28,501 nt of DNA. Origin: a virus. Lineage: Duplodnaviria; Caudoviricetes. The notes under the pieces were generated by a model that was not told the origin of the DNA, made no database searches, and worked only from the letters and a program-made list of their open reading frames with translations. The DNA lies in the IMG/VR virus record IMGVR_UViG_3300032216_000241, positions 1 to 28,501 of that record; one strand, given 5' to 3'. A program made the position numbers and the translations under genes. Below are positions 17,539 through 25,227 of this stretch, piece by piece. The stretch's first letter is position 1; each line of letters begins with the position of its first letter.

Positions 17539-19347
17539 ATGAAGAATTTCAAGCAATTAGTAAGAGAACTACCGTCCAATAAAGTCGTATGCGCTTTCGG
17601 GCAGTTCCAGCCACCTACAGCTGGTCACGAACTATTAGTAAAAGCTGTTCAGCAAATCGCTGGTTCTACAGCCGACCATGTCATCTATGCCTCTGCAAAC
17701 GAGGATAAGAAACTTAATCCCCTACCAGCCGATCGTAAAGTATACTTCCTGAAGCGTATGTTTTCAGAAGGTAACTTTCGCACAACTCAGGTAGAGTCGA
17801 TTGTGGATGTTGCTTTTGAACTCAATAAGAAATATAAAAATATTACAGTAGTTGCGGCAAGTGATAAAGTTGCAACCTACGAAACAGAATTAAAAGAACA
17901 CAACGGAACACTCTATAACTTTGATTCTATTAAAGTTGTTTCCTGCGGAGATATCGATCCAGATAACAATACTGTGTCTGCAATCTCTGGTATTAAAATG
18001 TGTGAGTCTGCTAAACAAGGCAACTTCAATCAATTTAAAAAAGGTGTACCACACACCTTAACAGAATTAGACTCTCGTCGTTTAATGAACGATGTCCGCA
18101 GGGGAATGGGTCTTGAGCCAATTCGTGAAACAGTATTATTTGAACGATCAAAGATTCGTGAACAGTTTGTTGCTGGTAAAATTTTTAATGTTGGCGACAG
18201 AGTTCAAGACGAAGCTGGTACATACGAGATTATGGATCGTGGCGCAAACTATATTACTGTTGTTAATGAGTCTGGCGAACTATCTAAAAAATGGATTGAC
18301 AAAGTAACTGTTGCTGATGCAATCGAAGAGAATATCTCTAATAACCCAAATGAATTTACATTCAAGGGTTACACAACTACACAATTCCATAAAGAACCAA
18401 GAGCACAAAAAGCGTTCAAGGCTACCGTTGACAAACATATCAATGGAGAGATCACTGATGGTGTTGCAGTTTTAAATGCAATCAAACATACCGATGCATA
18501 TCTGTCAATGATAGATGGTAAAGATCACGGTAAAGCACAAGAAGCGTTAAAACGAATTGGTGAGTTTGAGAACCATCAAGTATATTGGGACGATCACAAA
18601 CCAACTGTTGATTCTGTAATTGCACATCAGAAAGCTGATCAAGCAAGAGCAGTTAAAGAAGAATCTGAAGTTCTTGATAAGAAGAAAGTTGCTTTGAACT
18701 ATAAAGCATACATCAAGAAGTCCATGTCTAGCGAATTACCTGTAGAATTAGGCGAGCCAGTTAAAGGTGATGGTAAATTAAAACCAAAGTTTGGTGATGA
18801 GATTCCAAACGAATCTGATTTAGAAAAAGATGAAGCTGAAGAACATACTAAAGTTGGTCATACACTAGGTCACTCTCGTCGCCAGAAGATAAATTATCAC
18901 TTGGAGTCTGTTGTTAAAGAAGATATTTACACAGCAGATGTTAAAGTAAAAAAGGTTCAAGTTCAAGACAAAGATGGTAATTGGGTATTCAAAGATCGTA
19001 AATCTCACCCACATCGTATTAATTTTGGTGCCAGTAAAATGAATGGTAAACCAGATTTAGCTAAACAAGCTGCAGCTGGAGAAGGTGTTTATCACCAACA
19101 GAAAGAATCAAAACTGAATTTTGAATCATGGGTTCTAAAACAAAAGACGACCTCTAGTTTAAAGAAAGATAAAAAGGAAACAGAGAAGGCTAGTAAAGCT
19201 GCTTCTGGTGTAGAATTCAAAAACCCTGTTAAAGAGGAAAAACAAGTCCTTAAGAAAAAGAAAAAGTATAAAGATATCAACGACAAAGAAATACCATACA
19301 ATAATAATACCTCTGCAGTCTACGATACTTTTACTCCTACACCTTAA
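17539..19347 (+). CDS. second cytidylyltransferase-like protein with long C-terminal extension
   Basis: FGQFQPPTAGH, LNPL, VAASDK, DIDPD, SGIKM; paralog of 16850-17497; Lys/Glu-rich tail. Confidence 0.72.
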   Translation: MKNFKQLVRELPSNKVVCAFGQFQPPTAGHELLVKAVQQIAGSTADHVIYASANEDKKLNPLPADRKVYFLKRMFSEGNFRTTQVESIVDVAFELNKKYKNITVVAASDKVATYETELKEHNGTLYNFDSIKVVSCGDIDPDNNTVSAISGIKMCESAKQGNFNQFKKGVPHTLTELDSRRLMNDVRRGMGLEPIRETVLFERSKIREQFVAGKIFNVGDRVQDEAGTYEIMDRGANYITVVNESGELSKKWIDKVTVADAIEENISNNPNEFTFKGYTTTQFHKEPRAQKAFKATVDKHINGEITDGVAVLNAIKHTDAYLSMIDGKDHGKAQEALKRIGEFENHQVYWDDHKPTVDSVIAHQKADQARAVKEESEVLDKKKVALNYKAYIKKSMSSELPVELGEPVKGDGKLKPKFGDEIPNESDLEKDEAEEHTKVGHTLGHSRRQKINYHLESVVKEDIYTADVKVKKVQVQDKDGNWVFKDRKSHPHRINFGASKMNGKPDLAKQAAAGEGVYHQQKESKLNFESWVLKQKTTSSLKKDKKETEKASKAASGVEFKNPVKEEKQVLKKKKKYKDINDKEIPYNNNTSAVYDTFTPTP

Positions 19348-19352
19348 TCGAG

Positions 19353-19360
19353 AATAAATA
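19353..19360 (+). promoter_or_regulatory. putative late promoter AATAAATA
   Basis: NATAAATA in the short intergenic gap, 5 nt before the Dps ATG. Confidence 0.5.
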
Positions 19361-19365
19361 TACTA

Positions 19366-19821
19366 ATGGAAACTAAACTAATTCAATTAATGCAAACTGT
19401 CTTGGCTGATAGCCATGAGATGTATATCAAATCGCATGGCTACCACTGGAATGTAGAGGGTAAGTTGTTCCCTATGCTACATGAGTTTTTTGAAAACATT
19501 TATACAGAAGTGTATGAAAGTCTAGATAGTACTGCCGAACAGATTCGTCAACTTCAAGGTCGTGCGATCCACTCACTATTGGAGTTAGATAAAGCAAGAA
19601 CTGTTCCAGATACAGTTATTACTGTTCCTACAGATAACACTGGTATGCTACAAGATTTGGCTTCTACTAATCAATTAGTTCTTATCTCTTTATTGAGAGC
19701 ATACGAAGAGGCTGATGCGCAGCAAGAATTCGGTTTACAAAACTATATCCAAGATCGCATGATGGCGCATAAGAAACATGCATGGATGTTAAGATCAACA
19801 TTAAATAAGGCAGGGGAATAA
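19366..19821 (+). CDS. dps: Dps family ferritin-like protein
   Basis: HGYHWNVEG..F..LHEFFE..Y...D..AE ferroxidase signature; HKKHAWML C-terminal helix. Confidence 0.9.
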   Translation: METKLIQLMQTVLADSHEMYIKSHGYHWNVEGKLFPMLHEFFENIYTEVYESLDSTAEQIRQLQGRAIHSLLELDKARTVPDTVITVPTDNTGMLQDLASTNQLVLISLLRAYEEADAQQEFGLQNYIQDRMMAHKKHAWMLRSTLNKAGE

Positions 19822-21950
19822 TGAAGTCACTATTCGAATCTTACAAACAAATGGCGACAGAAGCCAAAGAGAAAACTTGCAAAGGTTGCGATGAACCAGT
19901 AAGTAAATGTTCTTGTACTATGGATGAAGAACTAAAGGGTAAACAAAAGAAGTTGGACAAGAACCATAATGGTAAACTTGATGCTCAAGACTTTGCTATT
20001 CTCCGTAAAGAAGACAAGGATACTGAGCCACCATTCGACAAACCTTACAAAACAGTTAAGGGTACTGGAACTGTTACAGACAAGTCTGGTGCAAAGCATA
20101 CTGGTATGAGTCGTGCTCGTGACTTGGCTCGTTCTGCTTTGAACAAGCATTTACAAAAACCTTTTGAACCATACAGCCCTCCAAAAGATAATTTGAAAAA
20201 ACAACACTTTGGTATGGCTGAAGAAGTTGAGCAGATTGAAGAATTGTCAAAAGGTACTCTTGGTTCTTACATTAAGAAAGCAAAAGGTTCAGCAATCGGT
20301 AATGCTAATGCTATGGGTATGACACGCCAAGATTCTAATATCCATAAAAAATCAGAAACTAAAATGGTTAAACGAGCAAAGGGTATTGACAAAGCAGTTG
20401 ATCGTTTGACTACAGAAGAAACTCAAGTTGACGAAGCGTTTGTCAATGGTCGTGAGTATGCATCGCATGGTTTGATGCACCCTGATCACGCTAAGATGGA
20501 CATTCATCAGCCAGCCAATCGTGAAGTAGATTTCTATGCTAGTAAAACTGGCGACAAAATGTTAGGTAAAGTTACCAAGAATGATGGAAAACAAGTCCAC
20601 ATTCAAGCACATAAAGAGTTGGGTGATGGTAAGTTGCACAAGTTTAAAGTAACTCCACACCTACCAAAACAAGTTGATGAAGTATTGAAGCCATCAATGG
20701 GTGCTGGTGCTTACATCGACGATTTTGTTCACTCTAAGAATCCTCAATTTGCTGGTAAGTCTAAAGATAAAAGACGCCAAATGGCACTGGCTGCTTACTA
20801 TGCTGCAAAAAAGGGCATGAAAGAAGAAGCCGAACTTGAAGAAGGTATGTATTCTTCTGATGTTGAAAGAGCATTCCCAAATGGTAAAGCCAGCGGTGTA
20901 AAAACGCATGCTCCAGTTGCTCCAGTTCCAGATCGTAAATACATCAAGGGAACTCCAGAGTGGAAAGCCCACAAAGAGAAGAGCAAACCAATCAATGGTC
21001 ATCCTACTAATAGTATGAAGGAAGCAATTAACGATAACCTTCATCCTGCTGGCGCTGCTTTACTGAAACACATTAAACCAGAACACCACAATAAGTATAA
21101 AGCACATTTGACCACTGATACCTTCAATGGATCGTACAAAGATCGTACTGATGTTCTTAATGCTGCTAAGAAAGCTGGGCACCTAAAAGAAGAAGCTGAA
21201 CAGATTGATGAATTAAGCACTGATACACTAAAGTCATTCAAGAAGAAAAAACAAACTCTTCGCGATCTTTATCGTACTGATGCTTCACATCAAAGCAACG
21301 ACTCTGATCGTAGTGAATTATCTAAGTTGGCTAAAGACGCACATAAAAGCGTTAAAAAAGCTGCAAAAAAGATAGCTGAAGATTTAGAAGAGTCTTCAGA
21401 TAGAGTAACTCCAACTGTGAAAACAGCTAAATATTCTTGGGGAACCATGAAGACCATCCATCACGGTTCCAATTTCTCTATTCCTCTGCACCCAGAACAC
21501 CATGAAGCGATTGCGCAGATGAAAGACCAGCAGCAACATACTATTAAAACTGAAGATGGTCGTCAATATCATGTTAAGCGTGAGGGCGACACAGTCCATT
21601 TCCATGGTGTTAATGGTGGAAATAAAACATCTGTGCCTCATAAAACGATGACCGAATCCGCAGAGGGAACTATGAAATCATTTAAAGACTTTATTACAGA
21701 AATTAAACTAGCTGACTTACCAGTTCGTACGATCAAAGGTAAATCTTATGGTAACCAACCAGAAGAACCAGATCATGACGATGAGGAAAACGAAACAGCA
21801 GCACAGAAATCGGCTGAAAAGCGTGGTCGTGGCAGACCTGCTGGCAGCAAATCAGGAGCAAGGCAAATTGGCGGTGCTTCTAAGAAGGGTAGCGGTGTTG
21901 ATTACACTGGCTACAAATTACATTTGCCAAACTCAAACAAATCTTATTAA
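19821..21950 (+). CDS. large low-complexity modular protein, probable internal head (ejected) polyprotein
   Basis: Repeated EE-x-EQI(D/E)ELS..TL.S / QVDE / LEE linkers, DKNHNGKLDAQD EF-hand-like loop, KRGRGRP AT-hook-like motif. Confidence 0.6.
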   Translation: MKSLFESYKQMATEAKEKTCKGCDEPVSKCSCTMDEELKGKQKKLDKNHNGKLDAQDFAILRKEDKDTEPPFDKPYKTVKGTGTVTDKSGAKHTGMSRARDLARSALNKHLQKPFEPYSPPKDNLKKQHFGMAEEVEQIEELSKGTLGSYIKKAKGSAIGNANAMGMTRQDSNIHKKSETKMVKRAKGIDKAVDRLTTEETQVDEAFVNGREYASHGLMHPDHAKMDIHQPANREVDFYASKTGDKMLGKVTKNDGKQVHIQAHKELGDGKLHKFKVTPHLPKQVDEVLKPSMGAGAYIDDFVHSKNPQFAGKSKDKRRQMALAAYYAAKKGMKEEAELEEGMYSSDVERAFPNGKASGVKTHAPVAPVPDRKYIKGTPEWKAHKEKSKPINGHPTNSMKEAINDNLHPAGAALLKHIKPEHHNKYKAHLTTDTFNGSYKDRTDVLNAAKKAGHLKEEAEQIDELSTDTLKSFKKKKQTLRDLYRTDASHQSNDSDRSELSKLAKDAHKSVKKAAKKIAEDLEESSDRVTPTVKTAKYSWGTMKTIHHGSNFSIPLHPEHHEAIAQMKDQQQHTIKTEDGRQYHVKREGDTVHFHGVNGGNKTSVPHKTMTESAEGTMKSFKDFITEIKLADLPVRTIKGKSYGNQPEEPDHDDEENETAAQKSAEKRGRGRPAGSKSGARQIGGASKKGSGVDYTGYKLHLPNSNKSY

Positions 21951-21962
21951 GGAGATACTCTC

Positions 21963-22994
21963 ATGGCACTATGGGGAAACAAAGATAGTAAAACTGCTAG
22001 CGGAACAGTCGCTATTGCCACATCAGGCATAGTAACTGGTACTTCTACACTTTTTACTACACAAGCAAAAATCGGTAATTACATTCGTGCAGGTGGTGTT
22101 GATCACCAAATCGTAAAAATTACATCTAATACAGTATGTCAAGTTGAATCGGGTGTTAATAGTGGCGCAATTGTTGCTGTTAATGCTGGCGCATCTTATA
22201 CATTGTCAGAAAAACCAGCATTCGTAGCTGCTTCTGAGTCAGCTACCACTAGTGGTGTTGCTGGTGACTCTAATAAAGTTTATGGCGTAGATACTACTGA
22301 AGAATCTGCTGGTGGTGACAATGTTACCGATGTAACAATTGTTCAAGGTGGTACTGGATATCTAGAAGTTCCAGCTGTATCATTCTCTGGTGGCGGTGGT
22401 TCTGGTGCAGCTGCAACAGCAACTATCTCTGGTGGTGTTGTTACAGCAATCACTGTTACTAATACTGGTTCTTCATATGAAACAGTTCCAACAGTTAATG
22501 TTAATGTTCCACGCTTAACTATTCCAACTGCTAATATCAGCACTTCTACTGAAGTTATCACTTATACTGGTCATGGTTTAACAACTGGTGAAGCAGTTAA
22601 GTATTATAACGCTGGTGGTGCAACTGCTACTGGTTTAACAAACGCAACTGTCTACTACGCCAATGCTATTAATGCAAATACATTCTATGTATATGACACT
22701 AAAGCCCATGCTGTAGCTGGTGGTGCAACTGGTAAGATCAATCTTTCTGGTTTGGGTAACAATGCTCAGTACTTCGACAGAACTGATAAAACAACTGCAA
22801 CTGCTCGTGCTGCTAAAGGTTCTGGTTCTACTGATGGCGCTAACTCAGCAATGCAGCATGTTACTCACGCTGGTTGGGTTCGTAAGACTGTTGGTACTGG
22901 TGGTCGTGCTGGTCGTGTTCAGTATGAAACTCTTGTTGCTATGGGTTCTATTACTGGCGATCAATCTGACGATATCCAGTTGCCAGACGCATAA
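21963..22994 (+). CDS. virion structural protein (Gly/Thr/Ala-rich, beta-rich)
   Basis: MALWG start and HAGWV...GR...ETLVAM end seen in T4-like structural proteins; GGGGSGAAATATISGGVVTAITVTNTGSSY module; AAGGAG ribosome-binding site. Confidence 0.7.
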   Translation: MALWGNKDSKTASGTVAIATSGIVTGTSTLFTTQAKIGNYIRAGGVDHQIVKITSNTVCQVESGVNSGAIVAVNAGASYTLSEKPAFVAASESATTSGVAGDSNKVYGVDTTEESAGGDNVTDVTIVQGGTGYLEVPAVSFSGGGGSGAAATATISGGVVTAITVTNTGSSYETVPTVNVNVPRLTIPTANISTSTEVITYTGHGLTTGEAVKYYNAGGATATGLTNATVYYANAINANTFYVYDTKAHAVAGGATGKINLSGLGNNAQYFDRTDKTTATARAAKGSGSTDGANSAMQHVTHAGWVRKTVGTGGRAGRVQYETLVAMGSITGDQSDDIQLPDA

Positions 22995-23009
22995 TAAATA
23001 CTTTATGTA

Positions 23010-23037
23010 AAGGGATGGGTTTTCCATCCCTTCTTTT
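23010..23037 (+). terminator. intrinsic terminator
   Basis: AAGGGATGG (23010-23018) / CCATCCCTT (23024-23032) stem followed by CTTTT. Confidence 0.7.
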
Positions 23038-23046
23038 GAATGTGAA

Positions 23047-23442
23047 GTGAGTCTTGTGGTTGATACTGATAAAAAATTAAATGAAGACAATTTCATTGTA
23101 TATGCGATGCATCACTACGATAATCCGCAATGTCATAATATACAAGAATTTGAAAAAGATGTAAAGATATTTCTATACCTAAAAAAATTGATTACAAGGT
23201 ATAGGCAGTCGGATGAACTTCGAGAGAGGTTGATCCTTAATCACATTATTGTTCTTTATAATGTTTTTGGTGATTCAGCCACTAACATGCTGTTCTATAA
23301 GATTGACAAAGAACATTGGGATATCTTAGTTACATTCTTAGTATATCTTGAGAGGATGCCAGAGTCGCTTCCTCAATATGGTATTAAGATTTCAGATATT
23401 AACTTGGATGAACAAGTTATAAATGCTTTAAGGAAAATTTAA
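23047..23442 (+). CDS. conserved hypothetical protein of T4-like phages
   Basis: LNEDNF..YAMHHYDNPQC...EF..D...RERLILNHII..NVFG pattern; GTG start uncertain. Confidence 0.7.
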   Translation: MSLVVDTDKKLNEDNFIVYAMHHYDNPQCHNIQEFEKDVKIFLYLKKLITRYRQSDELRERLILNHIIVLYNVFGDSATNMLFYKIDKEHWDILVTFLVYLERMPESLPQYGIKISDINLDEQVINALRKI

Positions 23443-24113
23443 TGGCATCGAGATTGATGGACAATATGATTGCAATTAAGTTGTTGTACATGCTTACAAC
23501 ACCTTTCGATAAAACAGATGCATTCAAATTGGGTATTGTAGATGCCAAGGGAAAGCTGCTTAAGCCAGCAAACACTTTGCATACTGATGCAGAGAAAGAT
23601 GCTTATAATTATTTGGTTCGTTTAATTTTTAATGTTAAACGACTAATCAATAAGTTGCCAGGTGGTGAGAGCAATCTCAAGAATCTTACTGCTGCATATT
23701 TTATGGTTAAAGAAAAGTGGGAAACAAAAACTACCCACATAAATGAACAACAATTCGTTTCTCTTGTTGAACGAATGAATAAGATTACATTGGTTGAAGA
23801 AGAATTGGCAGTCCTAGAAATTCTGGACGAATCCAAGAGAATGTCTGCTGCAGTTAAACTACAGCGAGCATGGGATCGCGAAAGAGCCAAGTCAGAAGCA
23901 TCTCGTAAAAGAGCACAAGAATTATTAAATCCACCAAAGAAAGAACCAATCAAAGAAGATGGTGAAGGTGGTGCAGCCAATGTAACTGGTGCAGCTGTTT
24001 CGACAGATACGCCAAAGATTGGTAAGAAAGATATAGAGAAATATAAGAAGAAAAATGCTGGGGTTATGACAATGGGTCGTAGACCAGCACCTTTAATGAC
24101 TACGGTAAACTAA
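23442..24113 (+). CDS. conserved hypothetical protein of T4-like phages
   Basis: TPF..T.AFKLGIVD.KGK.L motif; TAATG coupling; C-terminal modules bounded by LDE/IKE. Confidence 0.65.
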   Translation: MASRLMDNMIAIKLLYMLTTPFDKTDAFKLGIVDAKGKLLKPANTLHTDAEKDAYNYLVRLIFNVKRLINKLPGGESNLKNLTAAYFMVKEKWETKTTHINEQQFVSLVERMNKITLVEEELAVLEILDESKRMSAAVKLQRAWDRERAKSEASRKRAQELLNPPKKEPIKEDGEGGAANVTGAAVSTDTPKIGKKDIEKYKKKNAGVMTMGRRPAPLMTTVN

Positions 24114-24114
24114 A

Positions 24115-24564
24115 ATGTGGATTTTGTCATTCGTACCAGATAGCTGGTTACATTTTGCAGTACTATTCATTCTAACTACTGGTTTGGGAATGTATGCTGT
24201 CAGTTTCTTTACGAGATTTATTCCACCACTAATCCCATACTCTGGGGTTGCTAGAATACTAGGAACGATACTAGTTGTTATTGGTATATACTTTTATGGT
24301 AGTTACTCTACCGAGATGTCTTGGAGAGAAAAAGTAGCAGAGGTTGAAGCAAAGGTTGCTGCAGCAGAAGTGAAATCAAAAGACGCTAATGTAGTTATAC
24401 AAAAAGTATATGTTGACAAAATTAAAGTTATAACAGATACCAAAATTGTTATACAAAAAGAGATTGTAGAAAAAGAAAAGATTATTGATGCTCAGTGTGT
24501 GGTTGCACCAGATGCGCTGAACATTTTAAATGAAGCAGCAAAGAATCCAGGAGCAAGCAAATGA
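24115..24564 (+). CDS. Rz-like inner-membrane spanin
   Basis: N-terminal hydrophobic helices, coiled-coil region, single periplasmic Cys; overlaps a lipoprotein gene. Confidence 0.7.
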   Translation: MWILSFVPDSWLHFAVLFILTTGLGMYAVSFFTRFIPPLIPYSGVARILGTILVVIGIYFYGSYSTEMSWREKVAEVEAKVAAAEVKSKDANVVIQKVYVDKIKVITDTKIVIQKEIVEKEKIIDAQCVVAPDALNILNEAAKNPGASK

Positions 24565-24824
24565 GAATACTAATGCTTGTTCCTATTTTGTTATTGAGTG
24601 GCTGTTTGGCAACTGCTCCAGTAACAGTTAAGTTCCCAGAAGTTCCTTTGGAACTAATGAAATCTTGTCCTGATCTAAAACAAACTGAACCAACTCCAAA
24701 GTTGTCAGAAGTTCTAAAGGTTGTGACTGAAAACTACTCGCAATATCATGAGTGTCGTGCCCAAGTAGATTTGTGGATTGAATGGTATAAAACACAAAAA
24801 CAAATTTTCGAGAGTATAAACTAG
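24561..24824 (+). CDS. Rz1-like outer-membrane spanin lipoprotein
   Basis: Lipobox LLLSGC, Pro-rich stretch, two further Cys, NY..YHEC motif. Confidence 0.78.
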   Translation: MRILMLVPILLLSGCLATAPVTVKFPEVPLELMKSCPDLKQTEPTPKLSEVLKVVTENYSQYHECRAQVDLWIEWYKTQKQIFESIN

Positions 24825-24825
24825 C

Positions 24826-25152
24826 ATGGCAATAGATATAGAGAGGATTGCAAAATTGGAAGCCCAAGTAGAAGGCATTAAAGAAGATGTTGCAGCCGTA
24901 AAACAAGACATCAAAGAACTTCATTCTCGCATTACCACAGGTAATCGGGAGATCACCGACCACATCGATCGTAAGATTGACGACCTGGCAAAAAGTGATG
25001 AAGACCAACATGATGCAATGGGAAAGAAGATCGACAGTCTTGGTAGCAGGATTGATCTTCTTGAACGCTGGAAGTGGATGATTGTTGGTGGCGCAATTGT
25101 TGTAGGTTACCTAATGGGTCACTTAGACTTCTTTGCAAAGTTCTTAAAGTAA
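24826..25152 (+). CDS. coiled-coil protein with C-terminal transmembrane helix (holin/XhlA-like candidate)
   Basis: ERIAKLE heptads, then WKWMIVGGAIVVGYLMG transmembrane segment; follows the spanins. Confidence 0.55.
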   Translation: MAIDIERIAKLEAQVEGIKEDVAAVKQDIKELHSRITTGNREITDHIDRKIDDLAKSDEDQHDAMGKKIDSLGSRIDLLERWKWMIVGGAIVVGYLMGHLDFFAKFLK

Positions 25153-25170
25153 AATAACAATATTGTTATT
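25153..25170. repeat. perfect 18-bp palindrome
   Basis: AATAACAAT|ATTGTTATT. Confidence 0.8.
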
Positions 25171-25176
25171 GCAAAC

Positions 25177-25201
25177 AAGCAAACCTTTGGGTTTGCTTTT
25201 T
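25177..25201 (+). terminator. intrinsic terminator overlapping the primase -35 box
   Basis: AAGCAAACC (25177-25185) / GGTTTGCTT (25190-25198), TTTG loop, T-run. Confidence 0.7.
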
Positions 25202-25221
25202 ACTTTGATCTATGGTATAAT
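25193..25221 (+). promoter_or_regulatory. sigma70-type promoter for primase-thyX-nrdA
   Basis: TTGCTT (25193-25198), 17-bp spacer, extended TGnTATAAT (-10 at 25216-25221). Confidence 0.75.
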
Positions 25222-25227
25222 TATACT

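Noticed and set aside
19821-22994. CRISPR array or nucleotide tandem repeat
   Set aside because: The repetition is degenerate and at protein level; no identical spaced DNA repeats were seen.
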